From positions 39,882 to 66,914 of the IMG/VR virus record IMGVR_UViG_2974747673_000001: DNA of 27,033 bases. One strand, given 5' to 3'. Of the stretch, positions 17,104 through 24,856 are shown piece by piece. The stretch is from a virus. Its lineage: Duplodnaviria > Heunggongvirae > Uroviricota > Caudoviricetes. The translations under genes and the position numbers were made by a program. A model generated the notes under the pieces. It saw only the letters and a list, made by a program, of their open reading frames with translations, ran no database searches and was not told where the DNA came from. The first letter of the stretch is position 1, and each line of letters opens with the position of its first letter.

Positions 17104-17415
17104 TCACTTCCTAACTTGTTTTAAATATGCTTCATATACATCTACACATTCATTTTCTTCATCAATATCTACAAGAATTTCTAAGTACCATTCTTCTCCA
17201 TCATATTTATATCTATTTTCTTGTAGTACCCATACATCTTTTTGTTTATGTTCTAATATTACTTCATATTCAGTAGGTACACTACATATAATATCATCTT
17301 GCCAAGTATCTAAATCATAACTCCACATCTGTAATTCTGTTTGTAATGCTTCCCACTTATCAAGAGTCATACACTCTAATTTAGGTTCACTAGGTTTTAT
17401 TATTTTGTTTTTCAT
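17104..17415 (-). CDS. Acidic hypothetical protein, 103 aa, possible distant paralogue
   Basis: aaggag RBS; W..L...L...D..W..DI pattern. Confidence 0.8.
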   Translation of the reverse strand: MKNKIIKPSEPKLECMTLDKWEALQTELQMWSYDLDTWQDDIICSVPTEYEVILEHKQKDVWVLQENRYKYDGEEWYLEILVDIDEENECVDVYEAYLKQVRK

Positions 17416-17416
17416 A

Positions 17417-17695
17417 TTATCTCACTCCTTCCATATTTAAAGATTTAATACTCTTATCTATTTGATGTAAAGTAACAGAGAATTTAACATATTTACAATT
17501 ATCTTTAGTGTAAGACTGTTCTATATTATCTATTAACTTATCTAAAGAAAAAGTTATAAACTCTTCTTTTTTAATATCTCCATATACCACTCTAACATAC
17601 TTAGTATTCAATGTCTTAAACATTCCTAAGGTTAAAGCTAAGGTAATATAAGATATAGGCTTGTTTAATTCTATTATCATATCTTTTGTTTCCAT
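17417..17695 (-). CDS. Hypothetical protein, 92 aa (start revised to METKD)
   Basis: aaggag RBS before the ATG at 17695. Confidence 0.8.
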   Translation of the reverse strand: METKDMIIELNKPISYITLALTLGMFKTLNTKYVRVVYGDIKKEEFITFSLDKLIDNIEQSYTKDNCKYVKFSVTLHQIDKSIKSLNMEGVR

Positions 17696-17737
17696 ACTAT
17701 CACTCCTTTTGTACATTAATTTTTATTTTCATAATTC

Positions 17738-17766
17738 ATTATAGCATATTAGTTAGAACTTGTCAA
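17738..17766 (-). promoter_or_regulatory. sigma70 promoter of the operon leading to nrdD
   Basis: TTGACA-17-TGnTATAAT. Confidence 0.85.
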
Positions 17767-17819
17767 GTGAATATTTTATTATTTGTACAATAATTTATTT
17801 TGTGTTGGTATATAAAAGA

Positions 17820-17871
17820 AAAATAGCACTCTGAAATAGACTAGAAATGGCTAGTTGTGGAATGCTATTTT
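17820..17871 (-). terminator. Possible terminator of the ORF-less 18.6-kb transcript
   Basis: aaaatagca/tgctatttt stem with long inner loop, followed by cttttat on minus strand. Confidence 0.45.
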
Positions 17872-18642
17872 ATAGTGTTATTTACTACTTTCTTTTATAT
17901 TATGTAATACTTTATTTTTATCTATATATTCTGCTTCAAAATCTTTATCTATGAAATTTGTATCTTTTTATTAACCTTTATCTTTATAAGAAATAAGTAA
18001 AATTTTATGAATATGGCTATTTTTGATTTTTCCTAGTCAAAAATTTTCAAAAATAAAATAGGTATATTTATCAACTAGGCTATTTATGGGAAGTTTAGAA
18101 TAGGCATAAATACATAAGTAGAGAGATTATTTTATATACTTGAACGATAGTGAAAGTCAATAATATCAAAGAGATAATAAACATTTTGATGTTACTAATG
18201 AATTATTGGGGGTGAGTCCTCGCCTCGACCTGCTGACCCCTTTATTATATACACATATAAAATATCCTCCCCTATTTTCTCCTCTTTCATATCTCCCTCT
18301 CTCAATTTACTCATTTCCATACTCCCTTTTCACTCATTTTGTCTACTTTTCCTCTATTTTGTTCAGTTTCTGTACTTTTCCTCTCTGATTTTCGTTATCA
18401 CTCAAATACTTTCTTACTAATATCTCAATTCCTCCTAGTTTTACCCTTTGTCCTATCAATACCTTTTGATTTCTTTGAGTTGAGATTATCTTATTTCATA
18501 CTCTCATTCTGCATAACTCTAACATATTCTACTCTGATTGTATGGTAGCTCCTACTTGTCTACAAGATAAATCGATTATTCACTCTTTCCAATGTTCTTA
18601 TAAAATATCTAAGAGAGTTGTAGCTCTCTAACTTTATAACCT

Positions 18643-18671
18643 ATTATAACATTAAAAAAGGAATATGTCAA
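18643..18671 (-). promoter_or_regulatory. sigma70 promoter into an ORF-less region
   Basis: TTGACA-17-TGnTATAAT. Confidence 0.8.
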
Positions 18672-18727
18672 TAGTCAAGACAAAATAAATTTTGTCAAGT
18701 ATTTTCTTTCATATTCCTTTAATTATT

Positions 18728-19108
18728 TTATTTATAGTATATTGTAGTATATAAACTTCTAGTTTGACCTTCAACTACAAGTCTTGTAGTTATATCCACT
18801 ATCTCTTTCATATCCTTAATATAGGCAGTTAAACTATCACTATGGATATACTCTAAATAAGGATAACGAGAAATATTATTCTCTGAAGTCTTTACTATCT
18901 TTTTATTATACCAAACTGCTTCATAAGGTTTTACTTCATATTCTAACATAGTTATAATAGATTCCCCAATTACATTAGTATTAATTATATAACTATTTGG
19001 GTACACAAATAAATAAGAATTTACTGTTTGTTGATGTCTTTCTGCAAGAATAGACATATCCTCATTAGAAATTCTATCACTTACTACTAATCTTGTCTTT
19101 TTAATCAT
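18728..19108 (-). CDS. Hypothetical protein, 126 aa
   Basis: aaagga RBS; end of long operon. Confidence 0.85.
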   Translation of the reverse strand: MIKKTRLVVSDRISNEDMSILAERHQQTVNSYLFVYPNSYIINTNVIGESIITMLEYEVKPYEAVWYNKKIVKTSENNISRYPYLEYIHSDSLTAYIKDMKEIVDITTRLVVEGQTRSLYTTIYYK

Positions 19109-19121
19109 AATTAATCCTTTC

Positions 19122-19871
19122 TTAAATATCTAATACTATATATTTAGGTTGTTGCACTACACTACCACATAGGTAATCTGTACCTACCTCTACATATTCT
19201 ATATTTTTAATGCCTTGTATTTCTAATGGTTTACTGAATTTAATACTTAAACCCTTCTCTCTGTTTATATTTCCTTTTCCTATTGTAAACTTTATTTGTT
19301 TCCTATCTGCTATTTCACATACTTTTAATATCTTATTTAATAACTCATCTTTAATATCCGTAGGAAGATTATTTATTTGTTCTATATTATTACTCATTGT
19401 AAAATAATATTGAGTGTTTTGTGTTTCTTTAATACCTTTCCAAAACTCTTTTAGTTTAATTACTGTTTCTTTTGCTTTTTCTATATCCTTAAAATAATTA
19501 CCTAAGTCATAATAAGTATTGTCTATTGCACAAAATAAGTCTTTACTTTCTCTTATTGTTAAATCAGAATCTATATAATAATATTTTTGTCCTTTTACTC
19601 TATCAGAATTTAAGTCTTTATTAATTTTATTGATTAACTCACTTAATTCTTTTAGCTGTGTTTTATTTATAACTCTATTTTCTGAATAATCTATGTGAGT
19701 AATTTTATCTAAGATATTCCAATAAGCATTATGTTTATAAACAGAATAATTATCTGTTTTAACATAATATATTATATCCTCCCATTGTTCTACACTTTCA
19801 AAATTCATTTCTAGTGTAAAAACATACTTTCCATTAAATACTTTTTGTGTTTGTAATATTATCTTTTTCAT
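19122..19871 (-). CDS. Hypothetical protein, 249 aa, with YYYID...GNYF module
   Basis: Paralogous module shared with 19873-20445 and 21478-21918. Confidence 0.85.
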   Translation of the reverse strand: MKKIILQTQKVFNGKYVFTLEMNFESVEQWEDIIYYVKTDNYSVYKHNAYWNILDKITHIDYSENRVINKTQLKELSELINKINKDLNSDRVKGQKYYYIDSDLTIRESKDLFCAIDNTYYDLGNYFKDIEKAKETVIKLKEFWKGIKETQNTQYYFTMSNNIEQINNLPTDIKDELLNKILKVCEIADRKQIKFTIGKGNINREKGLSIKFSKPLEIQGIKNIEYVEVGTDYLCGSVVQQPKYIVLDI

Positions 19872-19872
19872 A

Positions 19873-20445
19873 TTAAACCTCCTTATTATCTTTCAAAACT
19901 TGTTGCAATATATTCCATACTTTCTCTGCTTGTTCATAAGTTTTAAAATAATTACCCATTTCTTTTCTTTGTTTATCTACATTTGTTGAATCATCTCTGT
20001 CTTCCAGTATTGCATTATTGTTATACATAGGTATATAGATATAATAATACTTATTATTTGTATTATTTATATCTTCATTTATATAATCTCTTAATTCATT
20101 AATCTCCTCATCAGTTAAACCTTTTCCTGTATCATATAATTTATATGTTCTATCATAAAAATACTTTATATAAATGTATTCCTTATTATTATAAGGTAAT
20201 ATCTCATAATCTCTACCTTTAAGTGATAATTCTTTATCTAATATTTCAAGATTCCATTCCCAAGTGTTATTAGTTTCATAAAAATGAAACTGTTTTATTC
20301 TTATCTTTTCTTGCATATTATCCTCCTTTTTAATATCAAAATCAAATGGAATTATATTCCCATCTTTTGTCTTTATCCATATTCCTTTCCTATTAGTTCT
20401 TTTTACATCATAATAGTCTAATAATTCATCTAAATATTCTTTCAT
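19873..20445 (-). CDS. Hypothetical protein, 190 aa, with YYYI...GNYFKTYEQAE module
   Basis: Paralogous module shared with 19122-19871 and 21478-21918. Confidence 0.85.
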   Translation of the reverse strand: MKEYLDELLDYYDVKRTNRKGIWIKTKDGNIIPFDFDIKKEDNMQEKIRIKQFHFYETNNTWEWNLEILDKELSLKGRDYEILPYNNKEYIYIKYFYDRTYKLYDTGKGLTDEEINELRDYINEDINNTNNKYYYIYIPMYNNNAILEDRDDSTNVDKQRKEMGNYFKTYEQAEKVWNILQQVLKDNKEV

Positions 20446-20792
20446 ATTTCCTCTTTTATATAATCTATTACATTTTCTAAATTATTAAATATTACAATAT
20501 TATCTTCGTCATCATATACCCACTCTATTTGAAATATAATATTATTTGCAATTCCTATTATAAATCTATCCTCTTGAAATTCAGTTTGTTCTTTATAAAT
20601 AATATATTGTTTATCTTGTATTATTTCTAATCTTGCTGTTGGGTTTGTTCTTAATATTCTATCATATTTAGTTTTCTTATATTCATTTACCCCCGTATAA
20701 ATATATCTATATTCTAATTCTTTAGGTAATGCTCTTATTACTATATTCTTTTCTAACATTAATTCTTGTAATTGTAATAATTTATCTTTCAT
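20442..20792 (-). CDS. Hypothetical protein (start revised to MKDKLL)
   Basis: ggaggagg RBS before the ATG at 20792. Confidence 0.8.
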   Translation of the reverse strand: MKDKLLQLQELMLEKNIVIRALPKELEYRYIYTGVNEYKKTKYDRILRTNPTARLEIIQDKQYIIYKEQTEFQEDRFIIGIANNIIFQIEWVYDDEDNIVIFNNLENVIDYIKEEI

Positions 20793-20794
20793 AT

Positions 20795-21013
20795 CTATTC
20801 CTCCTCCAATATCCATCTTAGTTCATTTATCTGTATAGACAATTCTTCTAATAATTGTTGTTCCATACTTATCCCTTCCATTATTCCTTTTCCTTTTCTT
20901 TCTACCATATGTTTAAATATATTAGTAAGATAATCCTCTATTATTTTCTCTAATTCTGTAGCCTTACTTTCTAAGGCTTCTAATCTTTTTTTGATTTCAT
21001 TCTCTTTTCTCAT
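20795..21013 (-). CDS. Small coiled-coil protein, 72 aa; paralogue of 21303-21488
   Basis: MR...EI.....L ... I..L..(I/V) pattern. Confidence 0.8.
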   Translation of the reverse strand: MRKENEIKKRLEALESKATELEKIIEDYLTNIFKHMVERKGKGIMEGISMEQQLLEELSIQINELRWILEEE

Positions 21014-21034
21014 AATCTATCCTCTCCTAAAAAC

Positions 21035-21298
21035 TTATAATTCCAAAACTTCTATATTATTATGATACCAATTTAATATGGTAACACTTGTCCCCCATAT
21101 AGATTCTCGTGTATTTATATCTATTTTTTCTAATAATACCTCTGTTAATTTAACATTTTCATCAAAATTAGTCCATAAGTTAAATAACTGATATTCATTA
21201 TTCTCATATATTATTATTTGAGTATGTTTTAATATCCAATCTCTATATGAATTATATACTAATTCTTGTACTAAATTTTGTAATTTAATTAATCTCAT
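21035..21298 (-). CDS. Hypothetical protein, 87 aa
   Basis: ggaggt RBS. Confidence 0.8.
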   Translation of the reverse strand: MRLIKLQNLVQELVYNSYRDWILKHTQIIIYENNEYQLFNLWTNFDENVKLTEVLLEKIDINTRESIWGTSVTILNWYHNNIEVLEL

Positions 21299-21302
21299 AT
21301 TT

Positions 21303-21488
21303 TTAACCTCCTATTACTCCTTTTAGTGTTTGTATTTTAGCATAATATATTTGTATCCTTTGATTTGTAGCATTAATATTATCTTTATTATTAGAAGTAT
21401 TTATCTCATTACATAAGTCTTTAACTTCTAACATTAATTCATCTACTAAATCATTTATTTCTTCCCTTATTTCCTCTTTATTTCTCAT
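21303..21488 (-). CDS. Small coiled-coil protein, 61 aa
   Basis: Operon context; paralogue of 20795-21013. Confidence 0.75.
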   Translation of the reverse strand: MRNKEEIREEINDLVDELMLEVKDLCNEINTSNNKDNINATNQRIQIYYAKIQTLKGVIGG

Positions 21489-21918
21489 TATTCTCTACTT
21501 CTCCTTTTATAATATCTATTATTTTATTATATTTCTCTTGTGCTTCCCAATAAGTATCAAAATAGTTATTCAATCTTTTTCTAGTTCTATCCTTATCTAA
21601 ATCTCTATCATAATCTAATACTATACTTACTTTATCTGATATGTCTATATAAAAATATGCTTTATTTATACAATCTACTATTTCTTTAATTTCTTCCATT
21701 GCATAAGATGTAACTTTTTGTGTAGTAGAATATATTTTTGTATTATATTTATCTTCCTCATTGAACTGTACTATTATGAAATCATTTTTGCCTATATTAA
21801 ATATATCATAACCTAACATATTAAAATCATACCCTCTGTCTAATATATTTAATTCCCATTTATATAAATATTCATCTTCTTTTGGTAAATAAAAATTTAC
21901 TTTTATTCTCTCTTTCAT
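21478..21918 (-). CDS. Hypothetical protein, 146 aa, with YFYID...NNYF module
   Basis: Paralogous to 19873-20445 along most of its length. Confidence 0.85.
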   Translation of the reverse strand: MKERIKVNFYLPKEDEYLYKWELNILDRGYDFNMLGYDIFNIGKNDFIIVQFNEEDKYNTKIYSTTQKVTSYAMEEIKEIVDCINKAYFYIDISDKVSIVLDYDRDLDKDRTRKRLNNYFDTYWEAQEKYNKIIDIIKGEVENNEK

Positions 21919-22295
21919 ATCTTACCTCCTTGTTGTTTTAAATAATGTTTACATATATCTATGTATATTTTTGTTTCTTGTTCTTCTTTATATTTATACT
22001 TTTCTTCCTCCTGTTTATAATAAATATTTAATACTCTCTTGGCATATCTATATTCCTTATAATTATTCACAGTAATTATATAACATAAATGATACCATAT
22101 AAAAGAGAATATAATAAATATAATAAGTAACACTAGCCATAATAGTATATAATTATAGTTTTTAGGAATAAAACAACCAATAATTATTGTTGAAGCTAAA
22201 CCAAATACTAAATGAAAACCTACAGGTTTATCTGAATTAGCTTCACTTACTATATTTTCAGATTTTTGTATAAGATACTCTATATTATTATCCAT
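21915..22295 (-). CDS. Two-TM membrane protein (start revised to MDNN)
   Basis: TAATG overlap with the upstream stop; two hydrophobic helices. Confidence 0.8.
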   Translation of the reverse strand: MDNNIEYLIQKSENIVSEANSDKPVGFHLVFGLASTIIIGCFIPKNYNYILLWLVLLIIFIIFSFIWYHLCYIITVNNYKEYRYAKRVLNIYYKQEEEKYKYKEEQETKIYIDICKHYLKQQGGKI

Positions 22296-22663
22296 TATAA
22301 CCACTCTCTTATACTAATATCTACACTTGCATTAGGTTCATCTATAACTATCAATAAATTATTATTTTGAGGAATATTTCCTCCATTATATTTACCTAAT
22401 TTGAACTCTAATATTACAGTGTATATTAAATTTACAGTATTTACTACTGACATCTTATGTGTTCCGTCTAATAAAACTATATCCCCATCATTCATAGTTA
22501 CTTTATATTTAGGTTCATCTAATATTATTACATCTCTATCATATTTATTTTGTGAATAAATACCTAATAATAATTCATTACTAGCCTTTTCCACTTTTAT
22601 TGGGTTTATTGTTTCTTCAAAACTAAAATCATCTACAATATTTATTATTTTTATATCTCTCAT
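22295..22663 (-). CDS. Hypothetical protein, 122 aa, with an intein/Hint block-B-like segment
   Basis: PKYKVTMNDGDIVLLDGTHKMSV. Confidence 0.8.
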   Translation of the reverse strand: MRDIKIINIVDDFSFEETINPIKVEKASNELLLGIYSQNKYDRDVIILDEPKYKVTMNDGDIVLLDGTHKMSVVNTVNLIYTVILEFKLGKYNGGNIPQNNNLLIVIDEPNASVDISIREWL

Positions 22664-22678
22664 ATATTCACTCTCCTT

Positions 22679-23119
22679 TTATTTACTGAATAGTTTACTG
22701 AATAAACCAAATATTCCCATTTCTTTTCTTAGTTCTTCTTTAATTACTTGTTTAGCTTCTTTTAATTGTATTTCTGCATATAATCTATTATACTCTTCTT
22801 TACTAATATCCACTAAATCATATTCATATCTTTTCCAAGTACCTTGCATATATTTAGTATTTAACTCTACCTTAATACGAATTTTTAAATATATAGACCG
22901 AATAACCAGTTTTACATTAAAATAATTACTTGTATATATACTACCTAAAATATAATCTGAAACCTCATTTTTATATACACTATCTAAGTCATCAAAATCT
23001 AATACATTTAAAGTTATATGTTCATTTACTGTTGGTTGGTATTCCTGTCTTAATTCATCTAATTTCTTATACATTTCAGCTTTTGCTTCTGCAAATATTT
23101 TATTTATTGGTCTATTCAT
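22679..23119 (-). CDS. Hypothetical protein, 146 aa
   Basis: gggag RBS. Confidence 0.85.
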   Translation of the reverse strand: MNRPINKIFAEAKAEMYKKLDELRQEYQPTVNEHITLNVLDFDDLDSVYKNEVSDYILGSIYTSNYFNVKLVIRSIYLKIRIKVELNTKYMQGTWKRYEYDLVDISKEEYNRLYAEIQLKEAKQVIKEELRKEMGIFGLFSKLFSK

Positions 23120-23131
23120 AGTATCATCTCC

Positions 23132-23599
23132 TTATCTTATTGCTAATCTTTCTTCTTTCTCTTTCTTAGCTATCTTTTTATTTCCCATCATATTTCTCAT
23201 ATCTTGCATTGAATAACTACTACACTTAGTTACTTTCTTTGTACTTCCACTATAATAATATTTACTATGTTTACTACTCCAAAAGAAACCTAAATCTTTA
23301 AGTAATTTATCATTATCTCTACTTGTATCTACCCATAACCAATCTCCTACTACTTCTAATTCCATATCCTCATAGTACATTAACTCATCTATCAATGACT
23401 TTACCATTTCAGACATTCTAACATCTTTATATTCTTTCTCTACAAAGTGTTTGATAAGATATTCATACTCATTATATAATTCTCTAAATTGCTCGTCTGT
23501 ACCTCCTTTATCAGGGTGGTATTTCTTTGATAACTCTCTAAAATGTTTCTTAATATCTGTTATTGTTTCATATTCTTTATTTAGATATTTATATTTCAT
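23132..23599 (-). CDS. J-domain (DnaJ-like) protein, 155 aa
   Basis: IKKHFRELSKKYHPDKGGTDEQFRELYNEYEYL with intact HPD; distinct C-terminal domain (GDWLWV...GFFWS). Confidence 0.9.
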   Translation of the reverse strand: MKYKYLNKEYETITDIKKHFRELSKKYHPDKGGTDEQFRELYNEYEYLIKHFVEKEYKDVRMSEMVKSLIDELMYYEDMELEVVGDWLWVDTSRDNDKLLKDLGFFWSSKHSKYYYSGSTKKVTKCSSYSMQDMRNMMGNKKIAKKEKEERLAIR

Positions 23600-23627
23600 A
23601 ATTTCACTCTCCTTTACTTGATAACTA

Positions 23628-23656
23628 ATAATATCATACTTTTATCTGTTTGTCAA
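23628..23656 (-). promoter_or_regulatory. sigma70 promoter of the 23599-18728 operon
   Basis: TTGACA-17-TGnTATTAT. Confidence 0.8.
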
Positions 23657-23708
23657 GTAAAATATTCACTATTTATCAGTATTTTTATTTGAGGCTATGA
23701 GAGGCTGT

Positions 23709-23760
23709 TTAACGAGTTTTATCTTGTGAGAGGTATAATTATATACCTTACTCGTTTTAA
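23709..23760. other. Imperfect hairpin element, TATA-core family (copy 7)
   Basis: aacgag/ctcgtt arms around aggtataattatatacct. Confidence 0.75.
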
Positions 23761-23823
23761 ATGTGTTATACGAGGTGTGAGAGGGTTGGTTTTTAATGAG
23801 GAGATATAGGAAAAGTTGGGGAT

Positions 23824-23872
23824 AAAAAAGAGAGTAGGAAGTAGGGTTAGCTACTTAGGTACTCTCTTTTTT
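23824..23872. terminator. Bidirectional terminator of the acrIII-1 operon
   Basis: aaaaaagagagta/tactctctttttt with inner aagtag/ctactt. Confidence 0.8.
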
Positions 23873-23896
23873 ACTTGTGATGTATATTAATAATTA

Positions 23897-24220
23897 TCAG
23901 TTTTTTCTTTCTAGTAGTTGAAATTCATATCCTATTTCTTCTATTTCTTGTATTGTTAATAATATTTGTCCTTCCAATAGTCTACTCTTTAACTTGAATA
24001 TAATTGCCTTTTGTCCTACTTCTTGTTTAAATTGTCCTCTATTCATTGGTACTTCTGTTCCTAACAATATACTTATTATTTCTGCTGTTGCTTGGTGTCC
24101 TATGTAACTTATAAATTCATTTTCATTAACTAATTTTTGTGCTTGTTCTAATGTTATATTACTTAATTTATATGTTCCTTCTCCTGTTAATATTGGTGTG
24201 TTTAAAATTCCTATTGTCAT
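23897..24220 (-). CDS. acrIII-1: AcrIII-1 family (DUF1874/YddF) viral ring nuclease, anti-type-III CRISPR
   Basis: 107 aa; ILN..I...G.Y, SYIGHQATAEIISILLG (catalytic GH motif), NR, GQKAIIFKL..RL.EG.IL and YEF.L match the recalled DUF1874/YddF pattern. Confidence 0.92.
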   Translation of the reverse strand: MTIGILNTPILTGEGTYKLSNITLEQAQKLVNENEFISYIGHQATAEIISILLGTEVPMNRGQFKQEVGQKAIIFKLKSRLLEGQILLTIQEIEEIGYEFQLLERKN

Positions 24221-24251
24221 ATTATCACTTCTCCTTTTATCTTCCTAAAAA

Positions 24252-24425
24252 TTACCAATCTACATTACTTGCCACTTGTTTTCCATTTAATAAATATATT
24301 TTATGTTCTATGTATCCATCATAATGGTCGTTAAAATATGTATCTGTTCCTAAATGTGTCCCACCTTGTTGTTCTATTTCTTTGTTTGTTAATTCTACTA
24401 AATTGTATTTTGTTAAGTCTGTCAT
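24252..24425 (-). CDS. 57-aa protein co-transcribed with acrIII-1 (not in ORF track)
   Basis: aaggaggt RBS; MTDLTKYNLVELTNKEIEQQGGTHLGTDTYFNDHYDGYIEHKIYLLNGKQVASNVDW. Confidence 0.75.
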   Translation of the reverse strand: MTDLTKYNLVELTNKEIEQQGGTHLGTDTYFNDHYDGYIEHKIYLLNGKQVASNVDW

Positions 24426-24436
24426 ACATTACCTCC

Positions 24437-24502
24437 TTATAGATTATTAATACTTATTATTGCTATTACTACATAACCAACTAACATACTTGTTATTATC
24501 AT
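24437..24502 (-). CDS. 21-aa hydrophobic peptide MIITSMLVGYVVIAIISINNL, first gene of the acrIII-1 operon (not in ORF track)
   Basis: aaaggag RBS directly after the promoter; its stop abuts the next RBS. Confidence 0.55.
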   Translation of the reverse strand: MIITSMLVGYVVIAIISINNL

Positions 24503-24533
24503 ATTATCATCTCCTTTCTTAACTTTATAATTC

Positions 24534-24562
24534 ATTATAGCATATCGTAAAATATATGTCAA
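24534..24562 (-). promoter_or_regulatory. sigma70 promoter of the acrIII-1 operon
   Basis: TTGACA-17-TGnTATAAT. Confidence 0.85.
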
Positions 24563-24568
24563 GTGTTT

Positions 24569-24790
24569 TTATAATTTATTTAATAAAGTATTTAAGTCAC
24601 TATCTATACCTATATGTGTATCACTGTAAGAATTCACATCTATATAATAATTATTTATAGCATTTATTATATTCTGTTTATTTTTAAGTAGTTGTCCACT
24701 ATTCATATCCTTATAGATTGTAAGTATACCTAAATCATCTAATCTACACATTATAGCTTTTAATGTTTGTCTATCTTTTTTATTTGCCAT
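24569..24790 (-). CDS. Hypothetical protein, 73 aa, with its own promoter
   Basis: aaggaggt RBS. Confidence 0.85.
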   Translation of the reverse strand: MANKKDRQTLKAIMCRLDDLGILTIYKDMNSGQLLKNKQNIINAINNYYIDVNSYSDTHIGIDSDLNTLLNKL

Positions 24791-24818
24791 TTGTTACCTC
24801 CTTTATTTTATATAAATA

Positions 24819-24847
24819 ATTATATCATAACTTTAAATTAATATCAA
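24819..24847 (-). promoter_or_regulatory. sigma70 promoter
   Basis: TTGATA-17-TGnTATAAT. Confidence 0.75.
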
Positions 24848-24856
24848 TACTTATTT

